From: Azonexus sp.
GTDB taxonomy: Bacteria > Pseudomonadota > Gammaproteobacteria > Burkholderiales > Rhodocyclaceae
Length of the DNA stretch: 59,442 nucleotides
Assembly: GCA_041918795.1 (NCBI GenBank)
Contig: JAYRUZ010000001.1
Span: 1-59,442, forward strand
Reading direction: 5' to 3'
Shown one piece after another: positions 35,903 through 45,723 of the stretch (positions are counted from its first letter, which is position 1; every line of letters starts with the position of its first letter). The notes below the pieces were generated by a model. That model made no database searches. It had not been told where the DNA came from and saw only the letters and a list, made by a program, of their open reading frames with translations. The translations under genes were made by a program, and so were the position numbers.

Positions 35903-36810
35903 GCAAGGCTCAGGAGCGCGCCTGGCGCGAAGCGGAAAAGTTGGCCAACCAGGAGCGCTTGGCGCTGTTGGAAAGCACGCGCCGCGAGGTGTTCTCACTG
36001 CTGCAAACGGCGAAGAATCAAGTCGCTGCCACGCTGGCCAGCCAGCCAAGCGATTACCAGCATTGGCGCCTGACCGAACTGAATGCCGAAATCGACCGGC
36101 TGCTTGGAGAGATTGGTAATAATGCCGGCACGGTGCTTTCCAATGCCGCCGGTCGCGCCTGGGAGGGCGGTCAGGCCGCGCTGGACAACGCCTTCAAGGC
36201 GGCCAGTATCGATGTTTCGCTGACCGTGCTCGATACCCGGCAACTGATGGCCATGCGCACCTTCATGGTCGACCGCATCAAGAATGTTACGGTCGAAGCC
36301 GCGGCCAAGATTAAAAGCGAACTCGGCCTGGCGCTTATCGGTGGCCAGAATATCAATGAAACGATTGCCAACGTCGCCGCGCATCTGGGCGACTCGGCCA
36401 CCGGCCGCGCCAAAACCATCGTCGGTACCGAACTCTCACGCGTCTGGGCAACGGCCAGCTATGAACGCGCCGTCGAGGCCGACAGCAACGGCGTCGAAAT
36501 GGACAAGATTTGGCGCCGCAGCGGCAAAATCCACTCCCGCCTGGCCCACGATCTGGCTGACGGAAAGCGCATCAAGCTGTCTGAATCATTTACGATCAAT
36601 GGCCACAAGCTGCGCTATCCACATGATCCCAAGGCGCCGGCATCCGAAACGGTCAATTGCGGCTGCATCGTCCTCTATCGCCCCCGTGGCCTATCAGGGA
36701 CTCTGTCCGACAAGCGCCCATTCACCGCACAGGAACTGGCGCTCAATCCATACAAGGAGCAGATCGCTAGAGGCAAGTCGCTATCTGAACTGCTCGGCGG
36801 TGACAAATGA
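35899..36810 (+). CDS. Minor head protein (Mu gpF-like)
   Basis: RAKTIVGTE, SRLAH, YPHDP...ETVNCGC. Confidence 0.88.
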   Translation: MSKAQERAWREAEKLANQERLALLESTRREVFSLLQTAKNQVAATLASQPSDYQHWRLTELNAEIDRLLGEIGNNAGTVLSNAAGRAWEGGQAALDNAFKAASIDVSLTVLDTRQLMAMRTFMVDRIKNVTVEAAAKIKSELGLALIGGQNINETIANVAAHLGDSATGRAKTIVGTELSRVWATASYERAVEADSNGVEMDKIWRRSGKIHSRLAHDLADGKRIKLSESFTINGHKLRYPHDPKAPASETVNCGCIVLYRPRGLSGTLSDKRPFTAQELALNPYKEQIARGKSLSELLGGDK

Positions 36811-37064
36811 GATGGCACGTTGTCAGCTATACGCACAAGGGCTGGTTCCTGCTGTGTCCTATCTATATAGGCGACATCGATTCAGAAGCGCCATGTCTCG
36901 AAGAGCGCCTGGCAATTTTCTACCCGCTGCTCGTGCTCAGCGAGCTGCTGTTCGGTCTCGCCGTCGAGCTGATGGTCCTACTTGATCCACTCTACGAGCC
37001 GCTATTTCCAATCGTGATCACCGGCCGTCTAAGGCAGCCTATCTCCCGCGTGATAGGTGAGTGA
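36807..37064 (+). CDS. Hypothetical protein with a hydrophobic segment, last prophage gene
   Basis: 85 aa, ATGA overlap. Confidence 0.6.
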   Translation: MRWHVVSYTHKGWFLLCPIYIGDIDSEAPCLEERLAIFYPLLVLSELLFGLAVELMVLLDPLYEPLFPIVITGRLRQPISRVIGE

Positions 37065-37119
37065 TTGACCCGATAAAATGGCCCGGCGTTTTTTTCGCCC
37101 TGCGAAAGTAATTTGCACA

Positions 37120-37203
37120 ACTCATCCCGCCCCATTTCACCCAGTCCCACCCAGTCCCGCATTTATCCCGCACTTCCCCCAGTAAATATCTCGCTCCCCA
37201 TCA
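37120..37203 (-). repeat. Right prophage end with putative transposase-binding sites
   Basis: ATTTATCCCGC (37161-37171) and AATATCTCGC (37185-37194) resemble the reverse complement of the left motifs. The outer copy is 9 nt from a terminal CA (37202-37203), the same distance as at the left end. Confidence 0.65.
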
Positions 37204-37286
37204 ACAAACCGTTACAACTTGGCGTCGGCGCAATCCCTTGCACTTGCGTTAATTGCTATACGAAACACTATTTTGGAACCGATAGC

Positions 37287-37613
37287 ATGTCCGCTCGCAC
37301 CACCCTGACCCGCCTCCTGATCGCTGCCAGCTTGATCGGCAGCCTGGGAGCCTGCGCCATCGCTCCGGCGCCTCCGGGGTACTATCGGAGCGGGCCGCCG
37401 GTCGTGGTCGAAACCTATCCGACCTATCGCGCCTACGGCCAGCCCTATGGCTATTATGAATACGAACGCCGCCCGTATTACGGTGGCTACGACCGTGGCT
37501 ACTATCGCGACGATCACCGCCGCCAGGAAACTATCCGGATTCCGTCACCGCTCGAAGTCCATCGGGACGTCCGGCGCAGCCTGGGGCTACCGCGCCTGCC
37601 CGGGATGCCCTGA
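37287..37613 (+). CDS. Tyr/Pro/Arg-rich lipoprotein (host)
   Basis: Signal peptide with LGA-C lipobox. Confidence 0.75.
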   Translation: MSARTTLTRLLIAASLIGSLGACAIAPAPPGYYRSGPPVVVETYPTYRAYGQPYGYYEYERRPYYGGYDRGYYRDDHRRQETIRIPSPLEVHRDVRRSLGLPRLPGMP

Positions 37614-38420
37614 TCAGCGGCCGCCCTTGGGTGGGACCAGGATCGACTCGACCCCCAGTTCCTTGAGCTTGGCCTGTGCCGCTTCAGCTTCCTGACGAGT
37701 GCGGAAGGGGCCGACCTGAACGCGGGTTTCCAGCGTCGATGGCACTCCGCTGAGCGTCAGCTTGGCGTGAATTTCCTCCGCCCGCTGGATATTGGTGAAG
37801 ACGCCTGCCTGCAGCACGAAGCCGGAGAACAGACGCAGCGGATTAGGCGGCTGCACCGGCTGAACGGGCTGCACCGGCTGGGTCGATTTGGTTTCCGCCA
37901 CGCGCGCACTCGGCTTGACCGGCACCGCGGCTTCCTTCGCTTCGCTCGGCTGTACAGCCGCCGGGGCAGGTAGCTTGGTTGCCGGAGCTGTTTCCGGCGC
38001 CGTCGTCACCTCCGGCACGGGCTTGGTTGGACGCGCGGGCACAGCGGCAGCCGGGGTTTTGCCGACCGGTGCAGCAGCGGCCGGTTTCTCCGGCATCACT
38101 TCCGGTTTCGCTTCGACCACTGGCGGCGGGGGCACTTCTGCCTTTGCCGGCTCAATCGGCTCGGCCTTTTCGGGCGGCGGCGGTTCGGGCGGATTGTCGG
38201 CCGGCAATACCGGCTTGGAGACTTCCTTTTTCGGCGCCACCGGCACGGGTTGGCTGAAGACCGGCGCTTCGCTCTCGTCGGGCGCCGAAGCGAGGTAATC
38301 GAAGAAAGCGAGAATGCCGAGCAGCACGGCGACCAGGCCGCCGGCCACAGCCAGACGGGCAATCAGCTTGTTGCGTATTTCGGCGTTATCGTTCTTTTCC
38401 GTGCTTTCTTCTTGTGCCAT
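37614..38420 (-). CDS. SPOR domain protein
   Basis: TM, Pro-rich linker, LQAGVF...RVQVGPF. Confidence 0.88.
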   Translation of the reverse strand: MAQEESTEKNDNAEIRNKLIARLAVAGGLVAVLLGILAFFDYLASAPDESEAPVFSQPVPVAPKKEVSKPVLPADNPPEPPPPEKAEPIEPAKAEVPPPPVVEAKPEVMPEKPAAAAPVGKTPAAAVPARPTKPVPEVTTAPETAPATKLPAPAAVQPSEAKEAAVPVKPSARVAETKSTQPVQPVQPVQPPNPLRLFSGFVLQAGVFTNIQRAEEIHAKLTLSGVPSTLETRVQVGPFRTRQEAEAAQAKLKELGVESILVPPKGGR

Positions 38421-38425
38421 ACCCC

Positions 38426-38986
38426 TCACCGTTCCTGACTCTTGGTCAACGCAACGACCAATTCGGCTTCCGCGCGAGCGATACCGCAGCGCTCGGCAAT
38501 CGCGGCCGGATCATAACCGGCCTGGGCCAGCTGCATCGCGTCGCCATAGATCGGCGATACGGATTGCGTCGCCCGCAAATGGGACATCTCCTGCTGCATG
38601 TCATTGCGCAAGGCGGCCAATTCGCCGCGCAGTGCATCCACCTCGTCGCGCAGGATGGCTATTTCCTGCTCCAGGCCACTTCGCAGCAGGTCGTCGGCCA
38701 TGCCGGCCGGCGCCTCTTCCCAGGCTGCCGCCGCTTGGCGCCGCGCAGCATCCGACAATCTGACAGCAGCCCCCTCGTTCTCTTCGAAGTCTTGCTCACT
38801 CCCCAGCGAAGGGGCGACCGGCTCACCCGCGCCGCCCGCCTTCGCCGCTTTCTGGGCACGCAGACGGCGCATGCGCCAGAGAACAATGGCCATGTACAGC
38901 GCGACCAGGACGATCAGCGCGATGACTGCCTCGCGCAGACCGAGCGCGATGCCGGCGATCTCGAAGGAAGTCAGGCTGACCGCCAC
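38426..38986 (-). CDS. DUF2802-like membrane protein
   Basis: TM, coiled coil, YGDAMQLA...IAERCGIARAEAELV. Confidence 0.8.
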   Translation of the reverse strand: MAVSLTSFEIAGIALGLREAVIALIVLVALYMAIVLWRMRRLRAQKAAKAGGAGEPVAPSLGSEQDFEENEGAAVRLSDAARRQAAAAWEEAPAGMADDLLRSGLEQEIAILRDEVDALRGELAALRNDMQQEMSHLRATQSVSPIYGDAMQLAQAGYDPAAIAERCGIARAEAELVVALTKSQER

Positions 38987-38992
38987 CGGTAA

Positions 38993-40180
38993 TTAGAACC
39001 CGACCGAATACTGCGCACCGAGCAGATGGGCGCCGTTTTCGTAGTGGCCGCGCAGATTCGTGCCGTTCTTGCTCTGGTTCACGCTGGCATCCTTGACGTA
39101 CAGGTAGCTGTAGCCGAGGTCGAAGCGGCCGTAGGCACCGGCATTCCACTGCCCACCCAGCGAAAACCAGACGCGATCGTTATCAGGCACGCGCGCCGAG
39201 CGGTCGTCATTGCTGACCGGTGTGCGGTCGTAGGCAATACCGAACTTCAGCTTGACCGAATCGGTCGCCTTGTAGGCCGCGCCCCAGGCGAGACGCCAGG
39301 AGTTGTCGTAATTGAAGGTTTCGCTGGTGATCAGTGCGCCGGTCGCCTGGCTGTACACGTTCAGCGCCTTCAGCGTATTCCAGCGGGTGTAAGACAGATC
39401 ACCCATCGCCTCCCAGCGGTCGGAAACCTGCTGCCAAACCGACAGGATGAAGGTATCGGGCAGCTTCACATCGGCATTGATCGGCGTCGTGTCGTTGAGC
39501 TTGCCTTCGAGGTGATACTTCATCGCCGAGCGATAGGAAACGCCAACACGCATGGCCGGCGACAGGGTGAACAGGGCCCCGGCATTCCAGCCGATGGCCG
39601 AATCGTCACCCTTCAGCTTGGCCAGCGAGTTGGTCAGTTCGGCGTTGAGGGTCTGGTAATTGATGCCGGCGCCCAGGGAAACCTTGTCGCTCAGGCGATA
39701 GGACACTGACGGGTTGTAGTTGACGGTACGGAGTTCCGACTTGACCGCCTGCCGGGCACCGATCCAGTTGGTGTTGTCGTACTCGGTTGCCAGCCCGAAA
39801 GGCGAGGAAATGCCCAGCCCCAGGTTCCAGTTTGGTGCGACCTGCCAGGAGAAGTAGGCATTCGGCACGCCATGCCAGCCACCGGCATCGCCGCCGTTGC
39901 CACCGTTACCGGTCGCTCCGGTGGAGCCCTCGTTGTGGAATTCGTAGCTCGGACCGATGGCGGCAACGCCCACGGAAACCTGAATGCCGTTCAGTTGGCT
40001 CATCCCGGCCGGGTTGTAGAAGATGGTACTGGCGTTGTCGGCAACGGCGGCCGAACCGGCGTAGGCCGTGCCCATGCCACTCGCGTTCTGCTCCCAAAGC
40101 TGAAAGGCGGCGGCCGATGCGCTTCCGGTAAAGGCCAGCGCAAGCAGGGCCGGCACGGTACGTAGCGTCATTTTGTTCAT
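38993..40180 (-). CDS. fadL: OmpP1/FadL/TodX family outer-membrane transporter
   Basis: GTAYAG...NASTIFYNPAG, terminal Phe. Confidence 0.9.
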   Translation of the reverse strand: MNKMTLRTVPALLALAFTGSASAAAFQLWEQNASGMGTAYAGSAAVADNASTIFYNPAGMSQLNGIQVSVGVAAIGPSYEFHNEGSTGATGNGGNGGDAGGWHGVPNAYFSWQVAPNWNLGLGISSPFGLATEYDNTNWIGARQAVKSELRTVNYNPSVSYRLSDKVSLGAGINYQTLNAELTNSLAKLKGDDSAIGWNAGALFTLSPAMRVGVSYRSAMKYHLEGKLNDTTPINADVKLPDTFILSVWQQVSDRWEAMGDLSYTRWNTLKALNVYSQATGALITSETFNYDNSWRLAWGAAYKATDSVKLKFGIAYDRTPVSNDDRSARVPDNDRVWFSLGGQWNAGAYGRFDLGYSYLYVKDASVNQSKNGTNLRGHYENGAHLLGAQYSVGF

Positions 40181-40225
40181 TGCTTCGCTCCCTCGAAGGC
40201 GGGCTGATAGATTAACTGGCGGATT

Positions 40226-40639
40226 TTATTCTATTTCCGCGGCATTTTCGGGCGGAACTTCACGCTTGTTGCCAGCGGCATCGATCGCCACGTAGGTCAA
40301 CTCGGCCTCGGTTACCTTCACGGTGATCGGTGCAGCGTGGTTGCGTTCGGCAAACACCTCGACCTTGACGGTGATCGACGTATTGCCGACGCGAACGATG
40401 TCAGCGTAAAAACTGACCACGTCGCCGACCGAGATGGCCTGCTTGAACTGGAAGGAATTGACCGAAACGGTCGCCACGCGGCCACGCGCCCGGCGCATGG
40501 CGGGAATGGCGCCTGCCACGTCGACCTGGGCCATGACCCAGCCGCCGAAAACGTCGCCATTCTGGTTGAGATCGGCCGGCATGGGCACGACGCGCAAGGT
40601 GCAATGCTTGTTGGGGAGGCTGCTGCGGTGCACGGTCAT
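40226..40639 (-). CDS. Acyl-CoA thioesterase (YciA-like hotdog fold)
   Basis: MPADLNQNGDVFGGWVMAQVD. Confidence 0.92.
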   Translation of the reverse strand: MTVHRSSLPNKHCTLRVVPMPADLNQNGDVFGGWVMAQVDVAGAIPAMRRARGRVATVSVNSFQFKQAISVGDVVSFYADIVRVGNTSITVKVEVFAERNHAAPITVKVTEAELTYVAIDAAGNKREVPPENAAEIE

Positions 40640-40733
40640 ATTTGGGCAAAAAATGTAAACAGCCCCGATTTTCCCGGAAAGCCGGCGCTTTTCATATACT
40701 GCCGGACAAACGACTCTCGCCTCACACATCCCC

Positions 40734-42548
40734 ATGCGTCGCACTTCCGCCCTGCCCAAGCCGCCCGTCGGCACCGCCCTGCCAGAGACCCACAGTTGGC
40801 TGACCCTGCGCACTCTCTTCCCCTATCTGTGGCGCTATCGCGGCCGCGTCGTGGCGGCGATGGCCTGCCTGATCTCGGCCAAGCTGGCCAACGTCGGCGT
40901 GCCGATGATCTTCAAGGAGATGATCGATGGGCTGTCGACCGGTGAGCAGATCCTGGCCTTGCCGATCCTGCTGCTGGTGCTCTACGGCTTTTTCCGCTTC
41001 TCCACTTCGCTGTTCACCGAGCTGCGTGAAATCCTCTTTGCCCGGGTAACGCAACGTGCTGTCCGCCAAGTTTCGCTCGAAGTCTTCCGCCACCTGCACG
41101 CCCTGTCGCTGCGCTTCCACCTCGAGCGGCAGACCGGCGGCATCTCGCGCGACATCGAACGCGGCAGCCGTTCGATTTCCAGCCTGATTTCCTACACCCT
41201 CTATTCCATCCTGCCGACCTTGGTCGAGATCGGGCTGGTTCTGGGCATCTTGTTTGTCAAATACGACGTCGGTTTCGTCATCATCACCGCCGTCTCGCTG
41301 TTCGCCTACATCGTGTTCACGGTGAAGGTCAGCAACTGGCGGATCGACATCCGGCGCGCCGTCAACGAGAACGACTCGGCGGCCAATTCGCGGGCCATCG
41401 ATAGCCTGCTCAACTACGAAACGGTCAAGTATTTCAACAACGAGGAGTGGGAAGCCCGCCGCTACGACGAGCAGCTGGTGAAATGGGAGGAAGCCGCCAC
41501 CCACAGCCAGAAGACCCTCGCCTTCCTGAACCTTGGGCAACAGGCCATCATCGCCTTGGGCGTCACTGCCATGATGTGGCGTGCCGCGCAGGGCGTCGTT
41601 TCCGGCACGATGACCATCGGCGATCTGGTGCTGGTCAATGCCTTCCTGATCCAGCTCTACCTGCCGCTCAATTTCCTCGGCATCGTCTATCGCGAGATTC
41701 GCCAGGCCATGACCGACATCGAGCGCATGTTCAATCTGCTCAAGGAAAACCGCGAAATTGCCGACGCGCCGGATGCCCGCGAGCTGCCATGCGGTCCGCT
41801 GCAAGTCAATTTCGACAATGTCAGCTTCGCCTACGAAGCCAATCGCCCCATTCTCAAGGGCGTCAGTTTCGCCATCCCACCCGGCAAGACCCTGGCGGTG
41901 GTCGGTCACTCGGGCGCCGGCAAGTCGACGCTGTCGCGGCTGCTCTACCGTTTCTACGACGTCAGCGGCGGCGCCATCCGGATCAACGGCCACGATCTGC
42001 GCAGCCTGCGCCAGAACAGCCTGCGCAGCGCCATCGGCATCGTGCCGCAGGACACCGTGCTGTTCAACGACAGCATCTTCTACAACATCAACTACGGCCG
42101 GCCCGAGGCGACACGCGACGAAGTCATCGCCGCCGCCCGTGCTGCCCAATTGCACGATTTCATCGAATCGCTGCCGGAGAAGTACGACACCAAGGTCGGT
42201 GAGCGTGGTCTCAAATTGTCCGGCGGCGAGAAGCAGCGCGTCGCCATCGCCCGCGCCCTGCTCAAAAACCCGCCCATCCTGATTTTCGACGAGGCCACCT
42301 CAGCCCTCGACTCCGCCACCGAACGTGCCATCCAGACCCAACTGGAACAGGTTGCCCTCGGCCATACCACCTTGATCATCGCCCACCGCCTGTCGACGGT
42401 CATGCTGGCCGACGAGATTTTGGTCATGCGCGAAGGTGAGGTGGTCGAACGCGGCAGCCATAGTGCGCTGCTCGCCGCCAACGGCCAGTATGCCCAGATG
42501 TGGACCTTGCAGCAGCAGGAGGCTCTCGATCATCCGGCGTCGACTTGA
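40734..42548 (+). CDS. ABCB (ATM1-like) exporter, permease plus ATPase
   Basis: LSLRFHLERQTG, NYETVKYF, GHSGAGKST, LSGGEKQ, DEATSALD. Confidence 0.93.
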   Translation: MRRTSALPKPPVGTALPETHSWLTLRTLFPYLWRYRGRVVAAMACLISAKLANVGVPMIFKEMIDGLSTGEQILALPILLLVLYGFFRFSTSLFTELREILFARVTQRAVRQVSLEVFRHLHALSLRFHLERQTGGISRDIERGSRSISSLISYTLYSILPTLVEIGLVLGILFVKYDVGFVIITAVSLFAYIVFTVKVSNWRIDIRRAVNENDSAANSRAIDSLLNYETVKYFNNEEWEARRYDEQLVKWEEAATHSQKTLAFLNLGQQAIIALGVTAMMWRAAQGVVSGTMTIGDLVLVNAFLIQLYLPLNFLGIVYREIRQAMTDIERMFNLLKENREIADAPDARELPCGPLQVNFDNVSFAYEANRPILKGVSFAIPPGKTLAVVGHSGAGKSTLSRLLYRFYDVSGGAIRINGHDLRSLRQNSLRSAIGIVPQDTVLFNDSIFYNINYGRPEATRDEVIAAARAAQLHDFIESLPEKYDTKVGERGLKLSGGEKQRVAIARALLKNPPILIFDEATSALDSATERAIQTQLEQVALGHTTLIIAHRLSTVMLADEILVMREGEVVERGSHSALLAANGQYAQMWTLQQQEALDHPAST

Positions 42549-42727
42549 GCGGCTCAACCGACATGGCGAGCGCTCTTGGCGCCTCGGGTAGGCCAGCATT
42601 CGCGCCGCGAATCGGATCGTTCGCGGTCGCCACACCATGGTAGGATTGAGCCCGAACTAAATTGAGGCGGAGAGGCGAATGCATCGTCGACTTCCCCCGC
42701 GATCCACACACAGGAAAAAACGCAGAG

Positions 42728-43645
42728 ATGAGCAAGCGTCAGGTATTGCTGGTTGATGATGAGGCCATCAACCTGGAAATCCTGCAGGACTATTTTGCGG
42801 ACGAAGAGTCGCTGGCTACGGTCGCCGCCGATGGCGGTGAGCGTGCATGGCAATTGCTGCTGAATCCCGCTAACGATTTCAAGCTGATCTTGCTCGACCG
42901 GATGATGCCCGGCGTCGATGGACTTACGCTACTGCGTCGAATCAAAAACGATGCCCGCTTCGCCAAGATTCCGGTCATCCTGCAAACCGCAGCGGATTCT
43001 GCGGAGGCAATCCGCGAAGGGCTGGAAGCCGGTGCCTATTACTATCTGACCAAGCCCTACCGACGGGACAAACTGATCGCCATCGTTCACGCCGCGCTGG
43101 CCGACTCGGAGGAACGCTCCAAGCTCGGCCAGAAACTCGCCGAACACATCAGTTGCCTGGGGCTCATGAACCGCGCCGAATTCGCCATCCGTAGCCTCGA
43201 CGAAGCCAGCCAATTGGCCGCTTTCGTCGCTCAGGCTTGCCCCAATCCGGAGACGGCTGCAATGGGGCTTTCCGAATTGCTGATCAACGCTATCGAGCAC
43301 GGCAATCTCGGACTTTCCTACAAAGAGAAAATGCAACTCAAACAGCAGGACAACTGGCACGAAGAGATTCGCCGTCGTAGCGCATTGCCGGAAAATCAGG
43401 GAAAACTGGTTCGATTGAGTTTCGAACGTAGCCATTCGGGGATTACCTTCAGGATTTCTGATCAAGGCAAGGGATTTTCCTGGCAAGACTTTCTGGAGTT
43501 CGACCCGAGTCGGGCATTCGATCCCAATGGACGGGGAATCGCCTTGGCCAAGATGCTGAGTTTCAGCAATATCCGTTATGAGGAGTCCGGCAGCGTGGCG
43601 GTTGCCCGTATCGACTTCGCCGTCACCGAGGCTTGCGCAGCATGA
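42728..43645 (+). CDS. Response regulator with C-terminal HATPase (anti-sigma/Ser kinase-like) domain
   Basis: Rec domain (LLVDD, LDRMMP, TKP) plus ELLINAIEHGN, DQGKGF, GRGI. Confidence 0.85.
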   Translation: MSKRQVLLVDDEAINLEILQDYFADEESLATVAADGGERAWQLLLNPANDFKLILLDRMMPGVDGLTLLRRIKNDARFAKIPVILQTAADSAEAIREGLEAGAYYYLTKPYRRDKLIAIVHAALADSEERSKLGQKLAEHISCLGLMNRAEFAIRSLDEASQLAAFVAQACPNPETAAMGLSELLINAIEHGNLGLSYKEKMQLKQQDNWHEEIRRRSALPENQGKLVRLSFERSHSGITFRISDQGKGFSWQDFLEFDPSRAFDPNGRGIALAKMLSFSNIRYEESGSVAVARIDFAVTEACAA

Positions 43646-43653
43646 CGAGGGCC

Positions 43654-45180
43654 ATGAAATCGATGAAGGTGCTGGCGGTCGACGACAATCGTACCAACCT
43701 GCACATCCTGCAGGTGTTCCTCAAGAAGCTCGGGCACGACGTGGTTCTTGCCGAAAACGGGGAAGAGGCTGTCAAACGCTTCGAGGCCGATCAACCCGAC
43801 CTGATCCTGCTCGACATCATGATGCCCGTGATGGACGGTTTCGAAGCTGCCCGACGAATCAAGGCAATGAACCGCGAGCGGTGGACGCCGATCATTTTCC
43901 TGTCGGCACTCAATCGCGACGAGAATCTGGTTGAGGGTCTCGATGCCGGCGCCGACGACTACCTGACGAAGCCGATCAATTTCATCGTTCTGGAAGCCAA
44001 GTTGCGTTCGATGCAGCGCTCCTTGGCCATGCAGCAGGCCTCGATCGACTCCTTGCGCCGGGTACAGACGATCTCCGACAACGTTCTGGATGCGATCGTG
44101 ACGACCGACGATCACGGTGCGATCGTTTCGACCAACCTCTCTGCCGAGCGTATTTTCGGCTGGGCGGCAAACGACATGGCCGGGCGGCAGGTTGCGATGT
44201 TACTCCCGGCCGACAGCCCGATCGGTGAAGGTTCTATTTTCGGCTTGCGTGAAAACGACAGCTGCGGTGCACTGGGCCAGGAGCGAGAAATTGAGGCCTT
44301 GCGCAAGGATGGTCGTCGCTTCCACGCGACGGTTTCCCTGAGCCAGGTCGTGCTGGATGGACAGCGCATGCACATTGCGGTGATCCGCGACATTTCCGAA
44401 CGCAAGGCGGCAGAACAGAAGCTCCAGGAAAACGCCGAGCAATTGCAGGCCTATTACGAACATACCCAGAGCGAGCAACAGTTGGCCATGCGCCTGATGG
44501 AGAAACAACTCCATCGCAGCGGCCTGAAGGACAGTTGCCTGCATTACTCGGTCATCCCGGCCGAGAATTTCAGCGGTGACATCGTCGCCGCTGCCCGCTC
44601 GCCGGAAGGGCGCTTCTACGCTCTGCTCGCCGACGCCACCGGACACGGTTTGACTGCTGCCATCAGTGTTCTGCCCGTTTTGGCGCTGTTCTACCGCATG
44701 ACCAAACTCAACCGCAGTGTGCGCGAGATCATTCTCGGGCTTAACCAGCAGCTGCGTGAATCGATGCCGATCGGCCGCTTCGTCGCCGCTACCCTAGTCT
44801 GCCTGGACGAAGTCGTGCATCGCGGTGAAATATGGGTTGGCGGGACGCCGGAAACCTTCCTCGTCAATGAGGATGGCTCGGTAGCGCGAACTTTTGTCTC
44901 CAACTATCTGCCGCTCGGCATTCTCGACAACAAGGAACTCGACGCGGCACCGGAAACCTTCTTCTGGCTCAACAACAGCCAATTGATCCTATGCTCGGAC
45001 GGCTTGTTGGAGGCCGAGAACTCGGCCGGTCAGCAGTTCAGCGTCGCTGGTCTGATTGCAGCCGCCGGGGCATCGTCGCCGACCGATCGTTTCGAGAAAA
45101 TTCAGGAAGCGCTCACCACTCATCTCGGCGACAACCTGGCCTCCGACGATGTGTCATTGATGATCATCGATTGCCCATAG
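43654..45180 (+). CDS. Rec-PAS-PP2C (SpoIIE-type) phosphatase
   Basis: Rec and PAS domains, SGD / ADATGHG / SDGLLE / DDVS motifs; start codon uncertain. Confidence 0.88.
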   Translation: MKSMKVLAVDDNRTNLHILQVFLKKLGHDVVLAENGEEAVKRFEADQPDLILLDIMMPVMDGFEAARRIKAMNRERWTPIIFLSALNRDENLVEGLDAGADDYLTKPINFIVLEAKLRSMQRSLAMQQASIDSLRRVQTISDNVLDAIVTTDDHGAIVSTNLSAERIFGWAANDMAGRQVAMLLPADSPIGEGSIFGLRENDSCGALGQEREIEALRKDGRRFHATVSLSQVVLDGQRMHIAVIRDISERKAAEQKLQENAEQLQAYYEHTQSEQQLAMRLMEKQLHRSGLKDSCLHYSVIPAENFSGDIVAAARSPEGRFYALLADATGHGLTAAISVLPVLALFYRMTKLNRSVREIILGLNQQLRESMPIGRFVAATLVCLDEVVHRGEIWVGGTPETFLVNEDGSVARTFVSNYLPLGILDNKELDAAPETFFWLNNSQLILCSDGLLEAENSAGQQFSVAGLIAAAGASSPTDRFEKIQEALTTHLGDNLASDDVSLMIIDCP

Positions 45181-45217
45181 GGCCTCGGCACTGCTCTTAA
45201 CGGCACGTACCAAAACA

Positions 45218-45243
45218 AAAAGGCCGGGAATTCCCGGCCTTTT
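45218..45243. terminator. Bidirectional intrinsic terminator
   Basis: Perfect palindrome AAAAGGCCGGGAATTCCCGGCCTTTT between convergent genes. Confidence 0.88.
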
Positions 45244-45264
45244 CATTGCTGCGAATAAATTGCT

Positions 45265-45666
45265 TTATTCGGCGGCGCTTTCTTCAATCTCAACAGCTTC
45301 GGTCGGTTCCGGACGATCAAGCAACTCGACGAAGGCCATCGGAGCGTTATCGCCGACGCGGAAACCGCACTTCAGGATACGCAGATAGCCACCCGGACGG
45401 GTTGCGTAACGCGGGCCGATTTCGGCGAACAGCTTGACGACAATCTCGCGATCGCGCAGGCGGTCAAAAGCCAGACGCTTGTTAGCCAGGGTCGGGGTCT
45501 TGCCGAGGGTGATCATCGGCTCGACAACGCGACGCAGTTCCTTGGCCTTCGGCAAGGTGGTCTTGATCGCTTCGTGACGGAGCAGCGAAACGGTCATGTT
45601 GCGCAGCATGGCCAGACGATGGCTGCTGGTGCGGTTGAGTTTACGAAGTCCATTGCGGTGACGCAT
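45265..45666 (-). CDS. rplQ: 50S ribosomal protein L17
   Basis: [17 protein letters not shown]. Confidence 0.98.
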   Translation of the reverse strand: MRHRNGLRKLNRTSSHRLAMLRNMTVSLLRHEAIKTTLPKAKELRRVVEPMITLGKTPTLANKRLAFDRLRDREIVVKLFAEIGPRYATRPGGYLRILKCGFRVGDNAPMAFVELLDRPEPTEAVEIEESAAE

Positions 45667-45723
45667 GGTTAATCCTTTCTATATTCTGCAGGCGTCCCTT
45701 GACTACCCGGATCGGGAAAAGGC

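Larger units (their letters stand above)
1..37203. mobile_element. Mu-like transposable prophage (siphovirus-type tail), apparently complete
   Basis: Contains DDE transposase, AAA ATPase, c/ner switch, Gam-, GemA- and Mor-like genes, Mu-type terminase and gpF. Begins TGT at base 1 and ends TCA at 37203 with related terminal motifs. Size is typical of Mu-like genomes, and host genes follow immediately. Confidence 0.9.

Noticed and set aside
37085-37107. TTCGCCCTGCGAA resembling the late-promoter box
   Set aside because: Lacks the TGAA left half-site, and no phage gene lies downstream.
37113-37286. N-terminal extension of the 166-aa ORF across the prophage end
   Set aside because: The lipoprotein signal peptide starts at ATG 37287; the extension is prophage end and intergenic DNA.
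37850-37881. QPV x3 short repeat in the SPOR gene
   Set aside because: Ordinary low-complexity linker.
40722-42155. 477-aa minus-strand ORF
   Set aside because: Antisense shadow of the ABC transporter.
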